NCBI GenBank assembly: GCA_044353885.1
Contig: JBILBC010000001.1
Coordinates: 2,544 to 66,543, forward strand
Length of the DNA: 64,000 nucleotides
Origin: Candidatus Planktophila sp.
Lineage (GTDB): Bacteria > Actinomycetota > Actinomycetes > Nanopelagicales > Nanopelagicaceae
Direction: 5' to 3'
In this document: piece by piece, positions 30,317 through 40,385 of the stretch
Position numbering within the stretch: position 1 is the first letter of the stretch
How the letters are laid out: each line of letters opens with the position of its first letter
The notes under the pieces: generated by a model
What the model was told of the DNA's origin: nothing
The model's database searches: none
What the model saw: the letters and a program-made list of their open reading frames with translations, nothing else
Position numbers and translations under genes: made by a program

Positions 30317-30795
30317 CGAATAAACCTGTAGGACTTCTTCTCATACAAAATGTCATACAGCATGGCGTAGTTCTTTCCATCTTGGCTATTTGGATCAAAG
30401 GCTGATTCCTGTGGCCCTACAACACTTACCGCCATCCCATCTTCTGCAATTAACTTAAAACCATACGGTGGCACCTCATCTGGTCTCATAGTTTTATCAA
30501 GATCTTTCTCATTAAAGTAGTAAGCAGTCATAAACCAAGCCTTCTCACCTTCAATCGGCTGATAAGAAGCACTCACAACACCGATTGCACCATCAATCTT
30601 TGCCTGCTTAAGAAGTTCAGTGTCAATTGCTTCCTCCTGCACTGTTATTCGATTGGCGAGATCTGAAGGCACCTTCATCTCATAGGGGATCGAAGCCAGA
30701 TTTATCCAGGTGTGGCTTGTTCTCGTCAGACCTATTGCACTAGCCATCAATATAAAGAGAAGAGGTGCAATGAGTAGAAAGCGTTTGTTTTTCAT
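30313..30795 (-). CDS. Hypothetical exported or membrane-anchored protein
   Basis: 160-aa ORF with basic plus hydrophobic N-terminus and purine-rich SD, 17 bp downstream of the GH1 gene; no family recognised. Confidence 0.6.
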   Translation of the reverse strand: MKNKRFLLIAPLLFILMASAIGLTRTSHTWINLASIPYEMKVPSDLANRITVQEEAIDTELLKQAKIDGAIGVVSASYQPIEGEKAWFMTAYYFNEKDLDKTMRPDEVPPYGFKLIAEDGMAVSVVGPQESAFDPNSQDGKNYAMLYDILYEKKSYRFIR

Positions 30796-30812
30796 AACTA
30801 TCTCTTCTTCAG

Positions 30813-32189
30813 TTAGGAAATATTTGAACCATTGGCCTTAATTGTTTCTGAATACCAATACCCAGAGTCCTTAATGGTGCGCTTTTGTGTATCAAAATCG
30901 ACGTGGACAATGCCAAATCGCTTTGCATACCCTAGTGCCCACTCAAAGTTATCCATCAGTGACCATTCGTAATAACCCTTCACAGGTGAGCCCTGTGCAA
31001 TGGCATCTGCCACAGCTGATAGATGTGACTGTAAGTAATCAATACGACGCTGGTCGTGACATTTTCCATCTTCACTGATTCCTTCATCGTATGCAACACC
31101 GTTTTCAGTGATGTAGAGATCAGGAAGTGCGCTGCCATACTCTTTATGCCAGCGCACGAGAAGCTTTGTTAAACCAGATGGAGTCAGTGGCCAACCCATA
31201 TCTGTAAGCGGTCCAGGGGCTGCCTCATCGATATCAAGGCCAAAGAGTCCTGCAATGGAATGCCATTGATTGGCAGCACCTTTGGATGGGTGGATGAAGT
31301 TATCGAAGTAGTAGTTAATTCCGATAAAGTCATTTTTAATTGTTGCAGACTCTAGGTCTCCTGGCTTAATCACTGATGCGAGTTCGTCATCATAGGTATC
31401 GAGCAAGATCTGTGGGTAGCTACCTTTCATAAAGGCATCCATCCAGAATCTATTTTGGTGGGCATCGGCAATATCGAGTGCATGCTTTTGAATAGGTTCA
31501 CTCGGGTCATCGGCAATACTGTTTGCTTGATTAAGCACTGGGCCTGTCAAGATATCGCTGCGCACAGCGCGCATCGCTTTCGTTGATGCAACGTGAGCTA
31601 AGACTGTGTGGTGGGCTGCTGCAAATGCTGCTTTTCGATCTTTCACACCGGGTGCGTGGATACCAATTCCGTATCCGAGCCATGAAACTACCCACGGTTC
31701 ATTAATCGGTGTCCACTTCTTCACGCGATCACCAAAGTGCTCAACAACAGCCGTTGAGTAATCAGCAAATGACTTTACGATCTCGCGATTAGTCCAACCA
31801 CCTTTATCTTCTAGCGCTTGTGGTAAATCCCAGTGATACAAAGTAGCGAGTGGTTCAATGCCAGCATCAAGGAGTGCGTTGATAAGACGGTCATAGAAAG
31901 CAAAGCCGCGTTCTTCGCGCACGCCATCACCGTTTGGAAACATGCGAGGCCATGCAAATGAGAATCGGTATGACTTAAGCCCAAGCTCTTTCATCAGCGC
32001 AATATCTTCGAGATAGCGGTGATAGTGATCATTTGCCACATCGCCTGTATCGCCACCCGCAACCTTGCCTGGGGTCTTTGAGAATGTGTCCCAGATTGAT
32101 GGGCCGCGCCCATCTACATTGGCGGCTCCCTCGATCTGATAACTGGAGGTCGCAGCGCCCCAGATGAAGTCCTGTGGAAAATTGGCCAT
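30813..32189 (-). CDS. GH1 beta-glucosidase
   Basis: WGAATSSYQIEG, YRFSFAWPR, acid/base INEP, nucleophile ITENG, WSLMDNFEW. ATG 32189 preferred. Confidence 0.96.
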   Translation of the reverse strand: MANFPQDFIWGAATSSYQIEGAANVDGRGPSIWDTFSKTPGKVAGGDTGDVANDHYHRYLEDIALMKELGLKSYRFSFAWPRMFPNGDGVREERGFAFYDRLINALLDAGIEPLATLYHWDLPQALEDKGGWTNREIVKSFADYSTAVVEHFGDRVKKWTPINEPWVVSWLGYGIGIHAPGVKDRKAAFAAAHHTVLAHVASTKAMRAVRSDILTGPVLNQANSIADDPSEPIQKHALDIADAHQNRFWMDAFMKGSYPQILLDTYDDELASVIKPGDLESATIKNDFIGINYYFDNFIHPSKGAANQWHSIAGLFGLDIDEAAPGPLTDMGWPLTPSGLTKLLVRWHKEYGSALPDLYITENGVAYDEGISEDGKCHDQRRIDYLQSHLSAVADAIAQGSPVKGYYEWSLMDNFEWALGYAKRFGIVHVDFDTQKRTIKDSGYWYSETIKANGSNIS

Positions 32190-32333
32190 GGGGCTGAGCG
32201 TACTTAGTTGTGATTGTTTTGACTGCAATAAATATGTATAGATTTGCTTAAAGGGACCCCTTTGACCCTAAACTTCCCTCATCTTCGCGCCCCTCCCTAG
32301 AGGGCGCCCTGACTCTCCAATGGAGGAGACAAC

Positions 32334-34619
32334 ATGAGTGCTTCTTATGCACTATCGACAGTCCAAGTGACTGGTGCCAATCTCAACATCACCTATGTGG
32401 TCCTAGCAGTCGCACTCGGTGCACTGGCAATCGCCTTCACCCTTCGCCAGCAAGTCCTTGCAGCAAGTGAAGGAACTGCAAAGATGCAAGAGATTGCAGA
32501 AGCTGTCCAAGAAGGAGCAGCGGCATATCTTGCCCGCCAGTTCCGCACACTCTCCTACTTCGTAGGAATCGTCTTCTTCTTACTTCTAGCCCTTCCTGCC
32601 GACACACTCTCACTTCGCATCGGCCGCTCCATCTTCTTCCTCCTCGGTGCAGGTTTCTCAGCACTCGTTGGTTATAACGGCATGTGGCTTGCAGTTCGCG
32701 CAAATGTTCGCGTTGCAGAAGCTGCTCGCCAGAAGGATGGCGCTAAGGCTGTTCAGATCGCTTTCCGCACAGGCGGCGTCGTTGGTATGACAACGGTGGG
32801 CCTAGGCCTCGTTGGTGCTTCAACTGTAGTTATTTTATTCCGCGAGAACGCACCTGTTGTTCTTGAAGGATTTGGTTTTGGCGCTGCCATGCTTGCAATG
32901 TTTATGCGCGTCGGCGGTGGAATCTTCACAAAGGCAGCAGATGTTGGAGCAGACCTCGTCGGTAAGGTTGAAAAAGGTATTCCTGAAGATGATCCACGAA
33001 ATCCTGCAACAATTGCAGATAACGTAGGAGATAACGTCGGTGACTGCGCTGGAATGGCAGCAGACCTCTTTGAGTCATACGCGGTAACACTTGTTGCAGC
33101 GCTCATCTTGGGTAAGGCTGCCTTTGGTAATGAAGGCCTTATCTATCCACTGATCGTTCCTGCAATCGGAATCATCACAGCTGTCATCGGTATCTTTGCA
33201 ACACGCTTGCGCTCTACAGATAAGTCAGCGATGAGCGCAATTAACCGCTCATTCTTTATGTCAGCAATTATCTCTGCAGGGCTAACAGGCCTTGCAACAT
33301 TTACTTACCTTCCAGGTAAGTTCAACTTACTTACAAATTACTCACCTACAGTTCTTGAAGATGCAGGAAACATCAACCCACGTGTTCTCGCCTTTGGCGC
33401 GGTCATCATCGGCATTGTTTTAGCTGCAGCTATTCAGGTACTGACAGGCTTCTTTACAGAGACTGGTAAGCGCCCAGTCAACGATGTTGCAGCATCCTCT
33501 CAGACAGGCGCCGCCACAGTGATTTTGGCTGGTATCTCAGTTGGTTTTGAATCAGCTGTCTACTCAGCACTTCTTATTGCAGCAGCAGTATTTGGCGCCT
33601 TCTTACTCGGTGGCGGATCTGTTGTCCTCTCACTCTTTGCAATCGCACTCGCAGGCACTGGTCTTCTTACAACAGTAGGTGTGATCGTTGCGATGGATAC
33701 ATTCGGTCCAATCTCAGATAACGCTCAAGGCATTGCAGAGATGTCAGGAGATGTTAAGGGTGAAGGCGCACAGATACTTACATCACTCGATGCAGTAGGT
33801 AATACAACAAAGGCAATTACTAAGGGCATTGCAATCGCTACAGCGGTACTTGCAGCTACGGCGCTGTTCGGTGCATTTACCGATGCAATCAAGGAAGCAG
33901 TTATTAAGGCAGTGGGTGAGGGCACAACAGTCGCCCTTGAATACCAAGGCATCTTAGATATTGCGTCCCCTCGCAACCTTGTTGGTCTGATTATTGGAGC
34001 CGCAGTTGTATTCCTCTTCTCAGGTCTAGCTGTTAACGCTGTATCGCGCGCCGCAGGTGCTGTAGTAGTTGAAGTGCGTAATCAATTTAAACTTCACCCA
34101 GGAATCATGAAGGGCACAGAGAAGCCTGAGTACGGTCGCGTTGTCGATATCTGTACTCGTGACTCACTTCGTGAACTTGTCACTCCAGGGTTACTTGCAG
34201 TGATGGCACCAATTGCTGTGGGCTTCGGTCTTGGCGTTGGCGCACTCGGTGCATACCTTGCTGGTGCAATCGGCACGGGAACACTGATGGCTGTCTTCCT
34301 CTCAAACTCAGGCGGAGCTTGGGATAACGCAAAGAAGATGGTTGAAGATGGACATTACGGCGGCAAGGGCACAGATGCCCATGCTGCAACAATCGTTGGT
34401 GACACTGTCGGTGATCCATTTAAGGACACTGCAGGGCCTGCAATTAACCCACTCATCAAGGTAATGAACCTTGTTGGTCTATTGATTACACCTGCGATTG
34501 TGAGCTTTGCTCTTCCTACGCAATCATCACAATCGATGATCATTGCACTTGTTGCAACGCTTGTGATTATCGGAGCACTCATTCGCAATCGTCGTCAATC
34601 CACATCTATCGAGTACTAA
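32334..34619 (+). CDS. hppA: Membrane-bound pyrophosphatase, K+-independent H+-pumping type
   Basis: DVGADLVGKVE, DNVGDNVGD, GNTTKAITKG (Lys at the GNxx[K/A] determinant). Confidence 0.93.
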   Translation: MSASYALSTVQVTGANLNITYVVLAVALGALAIAFTLRQQVLAASEGTAKMQEIAEAVQEGAAAYLARQFRTLSYFVGIVFFLLLALPADTLSLRIGRSIFFLLGAGFSALVGYNGMWLAVRANVRVAEAARQKDGAKAVQIAFRTGGVVGMTTVGLGLVGASTVVILFRENAPVVLEGFGFGAAMLAMFMRVGGGIFTKAADVGADLVGKVEKGIPEDDPRNPATIADNVGDNVGDCAGMAADLFESYAVTLVAALILGKAAFGNEGLIYPLIVPAIGIITAVIGIFATRLRSTDKSAMSAINRSFFMSAIISAGLTGLATFTYLPGKFNLLTNYSPTVLEDAGNINPRVLAFGAVIIGIVLAAAIQVLTGFFTETGKRPVNDVAASSQTGAATVILAGISVGFESAVYSALLIAAAVFGAFLLGGGSVVLSLFAIALAGTGLLTTVGVIVAMDTFGPISDNAQGIAEMSGDVKGEGAQILTSLDAVGNTTKAITKGIAIATAVLAATALFGAFTDAIKEAVIKAVGEGTTVALEYQGILDIASPRNLVGLIIGAAVVFLFSGLAVNAVSRAAGAVVVEVRNQFKLHPGIMKGTEKPEYGRVVDICTRDSLRELVTPGLLAVMAPIAVGFGLGVGALGAYLAGAIGTGTLMAVFLSNSGGAWDNAKKMVEDGHYGGKGTDAHAATIVGDTVGDPFKDTAGPAINPLIKVMNLVGLLITPAIVSFALPTQSSQSMIIALVATLVIIGALIRNRRQSTSIEY

Positions 34620-34646
34620 GAGAAAGCCACTTTCCCCAAAGTAGTT

Positions 34647-37415
34647 ATGGCAAAAACCTTAAAGACGCTGGTGATTGTTGAGTCCCCTGCGAAAGCACGC
34701 AAAATTGGCGGCTACCTCGGCGATGGTTACATCGTCGAGGCTAGCGTTGGCCATATTCGTGATCTGCCACAGAGAGCAGCTGATATCCCTAAAGAGGTGA
34801 AGAAGCTCGCCTGGTCTAAAGAGGGCGTCGATATTGAAAATGATTTCGCACCTTTATATGTCATCAACCCAGATAAGCGGGCGAAAGTTGCTGAGCTCAA
34901 AGAGTTGATGAAGGGCGCTGATGAGATCCTTCTTGCAACGGATGAGGACCGCGAAGGTGAAGCAATCGCTTGGCACTTAGTTGAAGTACTACAACCAAAG
35001 ATTCCTATTAAGCGCATGGTCTTTAATGAGATTACAGAAGATGCCATCAAGGCAGCGGTTGAAAACACACGAGATCTTGATTACAACCTCATTGATGCAC
35101 AAGAGACTCGTCGCGTATTAGACAGACTCTTTGGTTACCGTCTGTCACCGGTACTGTGGAAGAAAGTAATGCCACGAATTTCAGCAGGGCGCGTGCAATC
35201 TGTTGCAACGCGTCTCATTGTTGAAAAAGAACGCGAACGCATGGCCTTTATCTCATCCTCTTGGTGGGATTTGAATGCAAAGACAGATCTTGGCTTTACC
35301 GCGCGCTTATTGTCAGTAGATGGCAAGAAAGTAGCCTCCACTGCGGACTTTGGAGCAGATGGGGCAGTTAAAGAGAAGTCCCTCAAAGACATCTTGTTAT
35401 TAGATGAAAAACAAGCAAGAGCGCTTACTGAGAGTTTAAAGAACACACCACTAACTGTGAAGTCGATGGAGGAATCCCCTCGCACAGAGCGTCCAAAGCC
35501 ACCTTTTACAACGTCCACAATGCAGCAAGATGCTGGTTCAAGACTTGGGTGGGGCGCGCAGATCACGATGCGTATTGCACAGCGCCTCTATGAAAACGGT
35601 TACATCACCTATATGCGTACTGACTCCATCAACTTATCTGAGCAGGCAATCAAGGCAGCGCGCCAAGCAGCATCTTCCCTCTATGGAAAAGATCATGTCT
35701 ATGAGAGTGCACGTGTTTACCAAGGAAAGTCAAAGAATGCGCAAGAAGCACATGAAGCAATTCGCCCAGCAGGAGATGTCTTTAAGACTCCAGGTGAGTT
35801 AGCGCCAGAGCTCTCTCGAGATGAGTTCGCACTCTTTGACCTCATCTGGAAGCGCACCGTTGCTTCCCAAATGGCTGATGCCAAGAAGATGCAGATGCGC
35901 GTGGACTTTGATGCAAAGACTGCAGATAAGAAAGAGACAATCTTTCGTGCTAACGGTTCTGTGATTATCTTCCCAGGATTCTTGGCCGCCTACGATGACA
36001 TTGCAACGGATGAGAATAAAGATGAAGAATCTGAGGATCGACGATTGCCTGCAATGACTATCGGTCAATCAGTAAAGGTTGATGAGTACTCATGCGAAGG
36101 CCATGAGACTAAGCCTCCTGCGCGCTATACCGAACCAACCCTTGTTAAGAAGTTAGAAGAGCTCGGTATCGGTCGCCCATCAACATTTGCATCCATCATT
36201 CAAACGATTCAAGATCGTGGTTATGTTTCAAAGCGCGGGCGCGCACTAGTTCCAACCTTCCTGGCATTTTCAGTAACAGGCTTACTTGAAACCCACTTCA
36301 CCAAGCTTGTGGACTATGACTTCACAGCATCGATGGAAGAGGACTTAGACAAGATTGCAGCGGGGGAAGCTGGACGTGTCGATTGGCTCCGTGATTTCTA
36401 CTACGGCGTTGATGGTCAACCAGGGCTAAACGAACTATCTCTTGACCTCGGTGTGATTGATGCGAGAGCCACAAACACAATGAATTTATCTGACACGATT
36501 GAAATTCGTGTTGGTCGCTACGGTGCGTACTTACAAGAGAACTTACCGGATGTAGATCGCAAGCTTGCAAATATCCCTGAAGGTTTGGCACCGGATGAGT
36601 TAACACTTGCAAAGGCGATCGAACTACTTGCTGCCCCATCAGGGGAACGCGAACTCGGAGTGGATCCCAAGACAAACTTTGAAGTTGTTGCAAAGTCAGG
36701 ACGCTTTGGTCCATACATCACTGAGATCTTTCCTGAAGAGCCAGTTGAACTCAATGACAAGGGCGAGGTAAAGAAGAAGCGCAAGAAGAAAGATGCACCG
36801 AAGCCAAAGACGGCATCGCTTCTGTCCACAATGAACCTGGATACCATCACACTCGATGATGCACTTCAACTTCTTTCACTACCTCGCTTACTTGGTACCA
36901 ACACTGCAGGAGATGACATCACCGTGCAGAACGGTCGCTATGGTCCCTATCTCAAAGCTGGCGCTGATTCACGCACACTCACATCTGAAGATCAACTCTT
37001 CTCCATCAATCTTGATGAAGCACTTGAGATTTACTCAAAGCCAAAGGAGCGCCGCCGCGGTGTTGCAAAGCCACCACTGAAAGAACTGGGCGCAGATCCT
37101 GGAACTGAAAAACAAGTCATTATTAAGGATGGACGTTTTGGTATGTATGTCACCGATGGTGAAACCAATGCAACGCTTCGTCGTGGTGACACATTAGAGG
37201 CAATGACTCTTGAGCGCGGTCTTGAACTCCTTGCAGGACGCCGTGCGTGGGAGGCCGAGAACGGCCCATCTCCTAAGAAATCACGTAAGAAGGCTGCAAA
37301 GGCAAAGCCGGGCGATACTGCGCCAACTCTGACAAAGAACACAGTGAAGAAGGCTGCAACAAAGAAGAAGGCAGCCAAGAAGGCGTCAGGAAAAGCAAAG
37401 AAGAGCGCAGAGTAG
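34647..37415 (+). CDS. topA: DNA topoisomerase I (actinobacterial type with C-terminal repeats and Lys-rich tail)
   Basis: IVESPAKA, LATDEDREGE, SAGRVQS, ITYMRTDS, AHEAIRP; repeated GRYGPY-like units. Confidence 0.98.
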   Translation: MAKTLKTLVIVESPAKARKIGGYLGDGYIVEASVGHIRDLPQRAADIPKEVKKLAWSKEGVDIENDFAPLYVINPDKRAKVAELKELMKGADEILLATDEDREGEAIAWHLVEVLQPKIPIKRMVFNEITEDAIKAAVENTRDLDYNLIDAQETRRVLDRLFGYRLSPVLWKKVMPRISAGRVQSVATRLIVEKERERMAFISSSWWDLNAKTDLGFTARLLSVDGKKVASTADFGADGAVKEKSLKDILLLDEKQARALTESLKNTPLTVKSMEESPRTERPKPPFTTSTMQQDAGSRLGWGAQITMRIAQRLYENGYITYMRTDSINLSEQAIKAARQAASSLYGKDHVYESARVYQGKSKNAQEAHEAIRPAGDVFKTPGELAPELSRDEFALFDLIWKRTVASQMADAKKMQMRVDFDAKTADKKETIFRANGSVIIFPGFLAAYDDIATDENKDEESEDRRLPAMTIGQSVKVDEYSCEGHETKPPARYTEPTLVKKLEELGIGRPSTFASIIQTIQDRGYVSKRGRALVPTFLAFSVTGLLETHFTKLVDYDFTASMEEDLDKIAAGEAGRVDWLRDFYYGVDGQPGLNELSLDLGVIDARATNTMNLSDTIEIRVGRYGAYLQENLPDVDRKLANIPEGLAPDELTLAKAIELLAAPSGERELGVDPKTNFEVVAKSGRFGPYITEIFPEEPVELNDKGEVKKKRKKKDAPKPKTASLLSTMNLDTITLDDALQLLSLPRLLGTNTAGDDITVQNGRYGPYLKAGADSRTLTSEDQLFSINLDEALEIYSKPKERRRGVAKPPLKELGADPGTEKQVIIKDGRFGMYVTDGETNATLRRGDTLEAMTLERGLELLAGRRAWEAENGPSPKKSRKKAAKAKPGDTAPTLTKNTVKKAATKKKAAKKASGKAKKSAE

Positions 37416-37427
37416 ACTCATCACATG
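37413..37427 (+). repeat. Left copy of an imperfect 15-bp direct repeat bounding glycan island 1
   Basis: TAGACTCATCACATG, starting at the topA stop codon; 13/15 identical to 45260-45274. Confidence 0.55.
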
Positions 37428-37443
37428 AAAACGGGGAGTATCA

Positions 37444-38427
37444 ATGTCAGTATTTAAAGACTCGGCAATCTTGATTACTGGAGGCACGGGCTCCCTCGGC
37501 AAAGCCCTGATTGAAGAACTACTCGCCAACTCTGGGGCGCGCAAGATTGCTATTTTCAGTCGAGACGAACTAAAACAACTACAGCTGAAGAATCACTTTA
37601 ACAACGATTCGAGGCTCCGATGGTTCCTTGGAGACATTAGAGATCAACAACGCCTATCAAGAGCAATGCACGGAATTGATTATGTAATTCATGCAGCAGC
37701 ACTCAAACAGGTGGACACCGGTGAATACAACCCAATGGAATTCATCAAAACTAACGTCCTTGGAAGCCAAAATGTGATTGAGGCATCTATCGATGCGAAA
37801 GTGAAGAAAGTGGTCGCTCTTTCGACCGATAAAGCATCATCACCAATTAACCTTTATGGGGCAACCAAATTGACTGCTGACAAATTATTTGTTGCAGCAA
37901 ACAACTACAGCCAAGGGTATGGCACAAGTTTCGCAGTAGTTAGATATGGAAATGTGATGGGAAGTCGCGGCTCTGTAATTCCATATTTTCAAGATTTAGT
38001 TGCTGAAGAAAAACCACTCCCAATTACTGACATCCGCATGACTAGATTTTGGATTAGCCTCGCAGACGCCGTAAAATTCGTACTAGATTCTTTTTCAATC
38101 ATGCAAGGCGGCGAGCTTTATGTACCACGCATCCCAAGTATGAAAATTGTAGATCTCGCACGCGCAATTGGGCCCAAGTCAGAATTAGTTGAAATAGGTA
38201 CTCGCCCGGGTGAAAAGTTACATGAAGAAATGATTTCGGCTGAAGACAGCCCTCGAACAAAACTCATTGACGGAAGTCGTTACGTTGTGTTACCCGTCGT
38301 CGCAGAATGGAACTTTAAAGAGCCTGCAGGTGAATCTCTCCCTGAACGCTTCGCCTACGCCTCAGATACAAATAGCCAGTGGATGACGGTCTCCGATATT
38401 CAGAAATTCATTGCCTCTAATCAGTGA
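37444..38427 (+). CDS. pseB: UDP-N-acetylglucosamine 4,6-dehydratase (inverting), PseB family
   Basis: ITGGTGSLG, HAAALKQV, STDKASSPINLYGATK, VRYGNVMGSRGSV, RPGEKLHE. Confidence 0.92.
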   Translation: MSVFKDSAILITGGTGSLGKALIEELLANSGARKIAIFSRDELKQLQLKNHFNNDSRLRWFLGDIRDQQRLSRAMHGIDYVIHAAALKQVDTGEYNPMEFIKTNVLGSQNVIEASIDAKVKKVVALSTDKASSPINLYGATKLTADKLFVAANNYSQGYGTSFAVVRYGNVMGSRGSVIPYFQDLVAEEKPLPITDIRMTRFWISLADAVKFVLDSFSIMQGGELYVPRIPSMKIVDLARAIGPKSELVEIGTRPGEKLHEEMISAEDSPRTKLIDGSRYVVLPVVAEWNFKEPAGESLPERFAYASDTNSQWMTVSDIQKFIASNQ

Positions 38428-38428
38428 A

Positions 38429-39322
38429 ATGAAAAATGACAAGGTTCTTGTACTCGGAGCAACTGGATTTTTAGGTAGCTATTTTCAAGAGGCATTAGGG
38501 AATCTCGGGATAGGTCATACATCGAGGAACGATAATCCGACAGGAAGAGAATCCGACCAATATATTTCATCGAAACTTGAAACAAAAAATGATGTTGAGA
38601 GACTTCTTGATTCTGTCAACGTCTCCAAAGTTATCAATTGCATTGCATTGAGTGACATTGATCAATGCGAACAAAATCCACAAGCAGCAAGTTGGCTGAA
38701 CACAGAGTTACCGCTGGCCTTATCTAAGAAATGCAAAAGTATTGGGGCCCAATTTATCCATATTTCAACTGATGCAGTGTTTTCAGGTGAGGAGCAGCTA
38801 GCAAAAGAGACAAGTGAGCCCAAGCCAAAATCTGTATACGGGCTCACGAAGTATCTAGGCGAAACAGCTGTATGCAAAGAAGATTCAAGCTCCCTAATTT
38901 GTAGAGTTAATTTTGTGGGATGGAACCCAAGAGGAAAATCGCTTTTTAATTTCTTTTACACAAATCTAAAGGCAAATACTACAGTAACTGGGTTTCAGGA
39001 TATTTTTTTTACACCAATGTATGCAGCGGATACAGTTGCTGCAATCCTGAATCTAGCTATTAGAGGTCAATCAGGTTTATTTCACATCGCCGGAAGTGAA
39101 AGAATTTCTAAATTTGAATTTGGGAGACTTGTGGCAGAGAGAATGAATATGGATCAGTCACTCATCCGAGGAGGCTCCTTCCAAGATTCCCAGTTTGCTG
39201 CCACCCGTACCCCAGACTTAAGTCTTTCAAATGTTAAGATTAAATCTCTTGGGATCGAAATTCCAACTTTAGCCAATGGAATCGAAAGACTCGTGAAGGA
39301 AGTGGAAAGCAAGAATGCCTAA
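38429..39322 (+). CDS. RmlD-like NAD(P)H-dependent 4-keto-sugar-nucleotide reductase
   Basis: VLGATGFLG, HISTDAVFSG, YGLTK, FTPMY, GLFHIAG. ATG 38429 preferred over TTG 38411. Confidence 0.85.
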   Translation: MKNDKVLVLGATGFLGSYFQEALGNLGIGHTSRNDNPTGRESDQYISSKLETKNDVERLLDSVNVSKVINCIALSDIDQCEQNPQAASWLNTELPLALSKKCKSIGAQFIHISTDAVFSGEEQLAKETSEPKPKSVYGLTKYLGETAVCKEDSSSLICRVNFVGWNPRGKSLFNFFYTNLKANTTVTGFQDIFFTPMYAADTVAAILNLAIRGQSGLFHIAGSERISKFEFGRLVAERMNMDQSLIRGGSFQDSQFAATRTPDLSLSNVKIKSLGIEIPTLANGIERLVKEVESKNA

Positions 39323-40385
39323 ACTCAATTTAGATTTCCAAACTTCTGTAAATTCGCCGACCTATTTCATTGCAGATATCGCGGCGAATCATGATGGTTC
39401 CCTGGAGCGGGCTCTCGAGCTCATCAAACTAGCGGCCCAAGCAGGGGCAGATGCGGCTAAGTTTCAGAACTTTAAGGCCGAGACCATAGTCTCGTCCCAA
39501 GGGTTTAAAGATCTTGGGAAGAAAATGACCCATCAAGCGAAATGGGAAAAAGATGTCGTTGAAGTTTATAAAGACGCTGAATTACCGATGGAATGGACTG
39601 AAGCGCTAGTTAATGCCTGTAAAGAGAACAATATTGATTATTTCACTGCTCCTTACGACCTGAAATTTATTCCTTACTTTGCGAACACAATGCCATATTT
39701 CAAGGTTGGTTCCGGTGACATAACCTGGAAAGAGTCTCTTGAATTGATGGCTAGGCAAGGGAAGCCAATTCTTCTTGCAACTGGTGCCAGCGAATTTTGG
39801 GAAGTAGAAAGAGCCGTCCAGTTGATTTCGAAATTTGATGTGCCGATAGTGCTAATGCAATGCAACACGAACTACACCGGCAACGAAGACAACTTTGACC
39901 ATCTAAACCTGCTCGCTCTCAACGAGTTCAAGGATAAATTTCCTCAAGTGATTTTAGGTTTATCAGACCATTCGGTAGGACATGTAGCAGTCCTTGGAGC
40001 TGTGGCACTGGGAGCTCGGGCGATAGAGAAACACTTTACGGATGACACGCAAAGACCTGGCCCAGATCATGGCTTTTCACTTGATCCAATTACCTGGAAA
40101 AAGATGGTTGAAGAGACTCGAATCCTTGAGAGATGTCTTGGAAGTGGACACAAACGAGTTGAGGAGAATGAACTAGAGGCCCGCATTGTGCAACGAAGAG
40201 CCTTGCGGTTTAGTCGAGACATAAAAGCTGGCGAGGTAGTCAATTCAGATGATTTAGTCGCACTTCGACCCTGTCCTATTGACGGTATCGACCCATTTGA
40301 GAAAGAAAATTATGTTGGAAAATCTTTGAATCAAGCTGTTGTGAGAGATCAACTTGCAAGGAAGTCAGATTTTGGCGGCCACTGA
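39315..40385 (+). CDS. Nonulosonic acid synthase (NeuB/PseI/SpsE family) with C-terminal SAF domain
   Basis: IAANHDG, ADAAKFQ, GLSDH, IEKHFT, GPDH, RRAL...DIKAGE. Confidence 0.92.
   Translation: MPKLNLDFQTSVNSPTYFIADIAANHDGSLERALELIKLAAQAGADAAKFQNFKAETIVSSQGFKDLGKKMTHQAKWEKDVVEVYKDAELPMEWTEALVNACKENNIDYFTAPYDLKFIPYFANTMPYFKVGSGDITWKESLELMARQGKPILLATGASEFWEVERAVQLISKFDVPIVLMQCNTNYTGNEDNFDHLNLLALNEFKDKFPQVILGLSDHSVGHVAVLGAVALGARAIEKHFTDDTQRPGPDHGFSLDPITWKKMVEETRILERCLGSGHKRVEENELEARIVQRRALRFSRDIKAGEVVNSDDLVALRPCPIDGIDPFEKENYVGKSLNQAVVRDQLARKSDFGGH

Noticed and set aside
39003-39010. Homopolymer runs as phase-variation tracts (T8 here, A7 at 63834-40, T7 at 50831-37, C7 at 26702-08)
   Set aside because: Short and expected in AT-rich DNA; the reading frames are intact, and the C7 run is simply the LacI SD on the minus strand.
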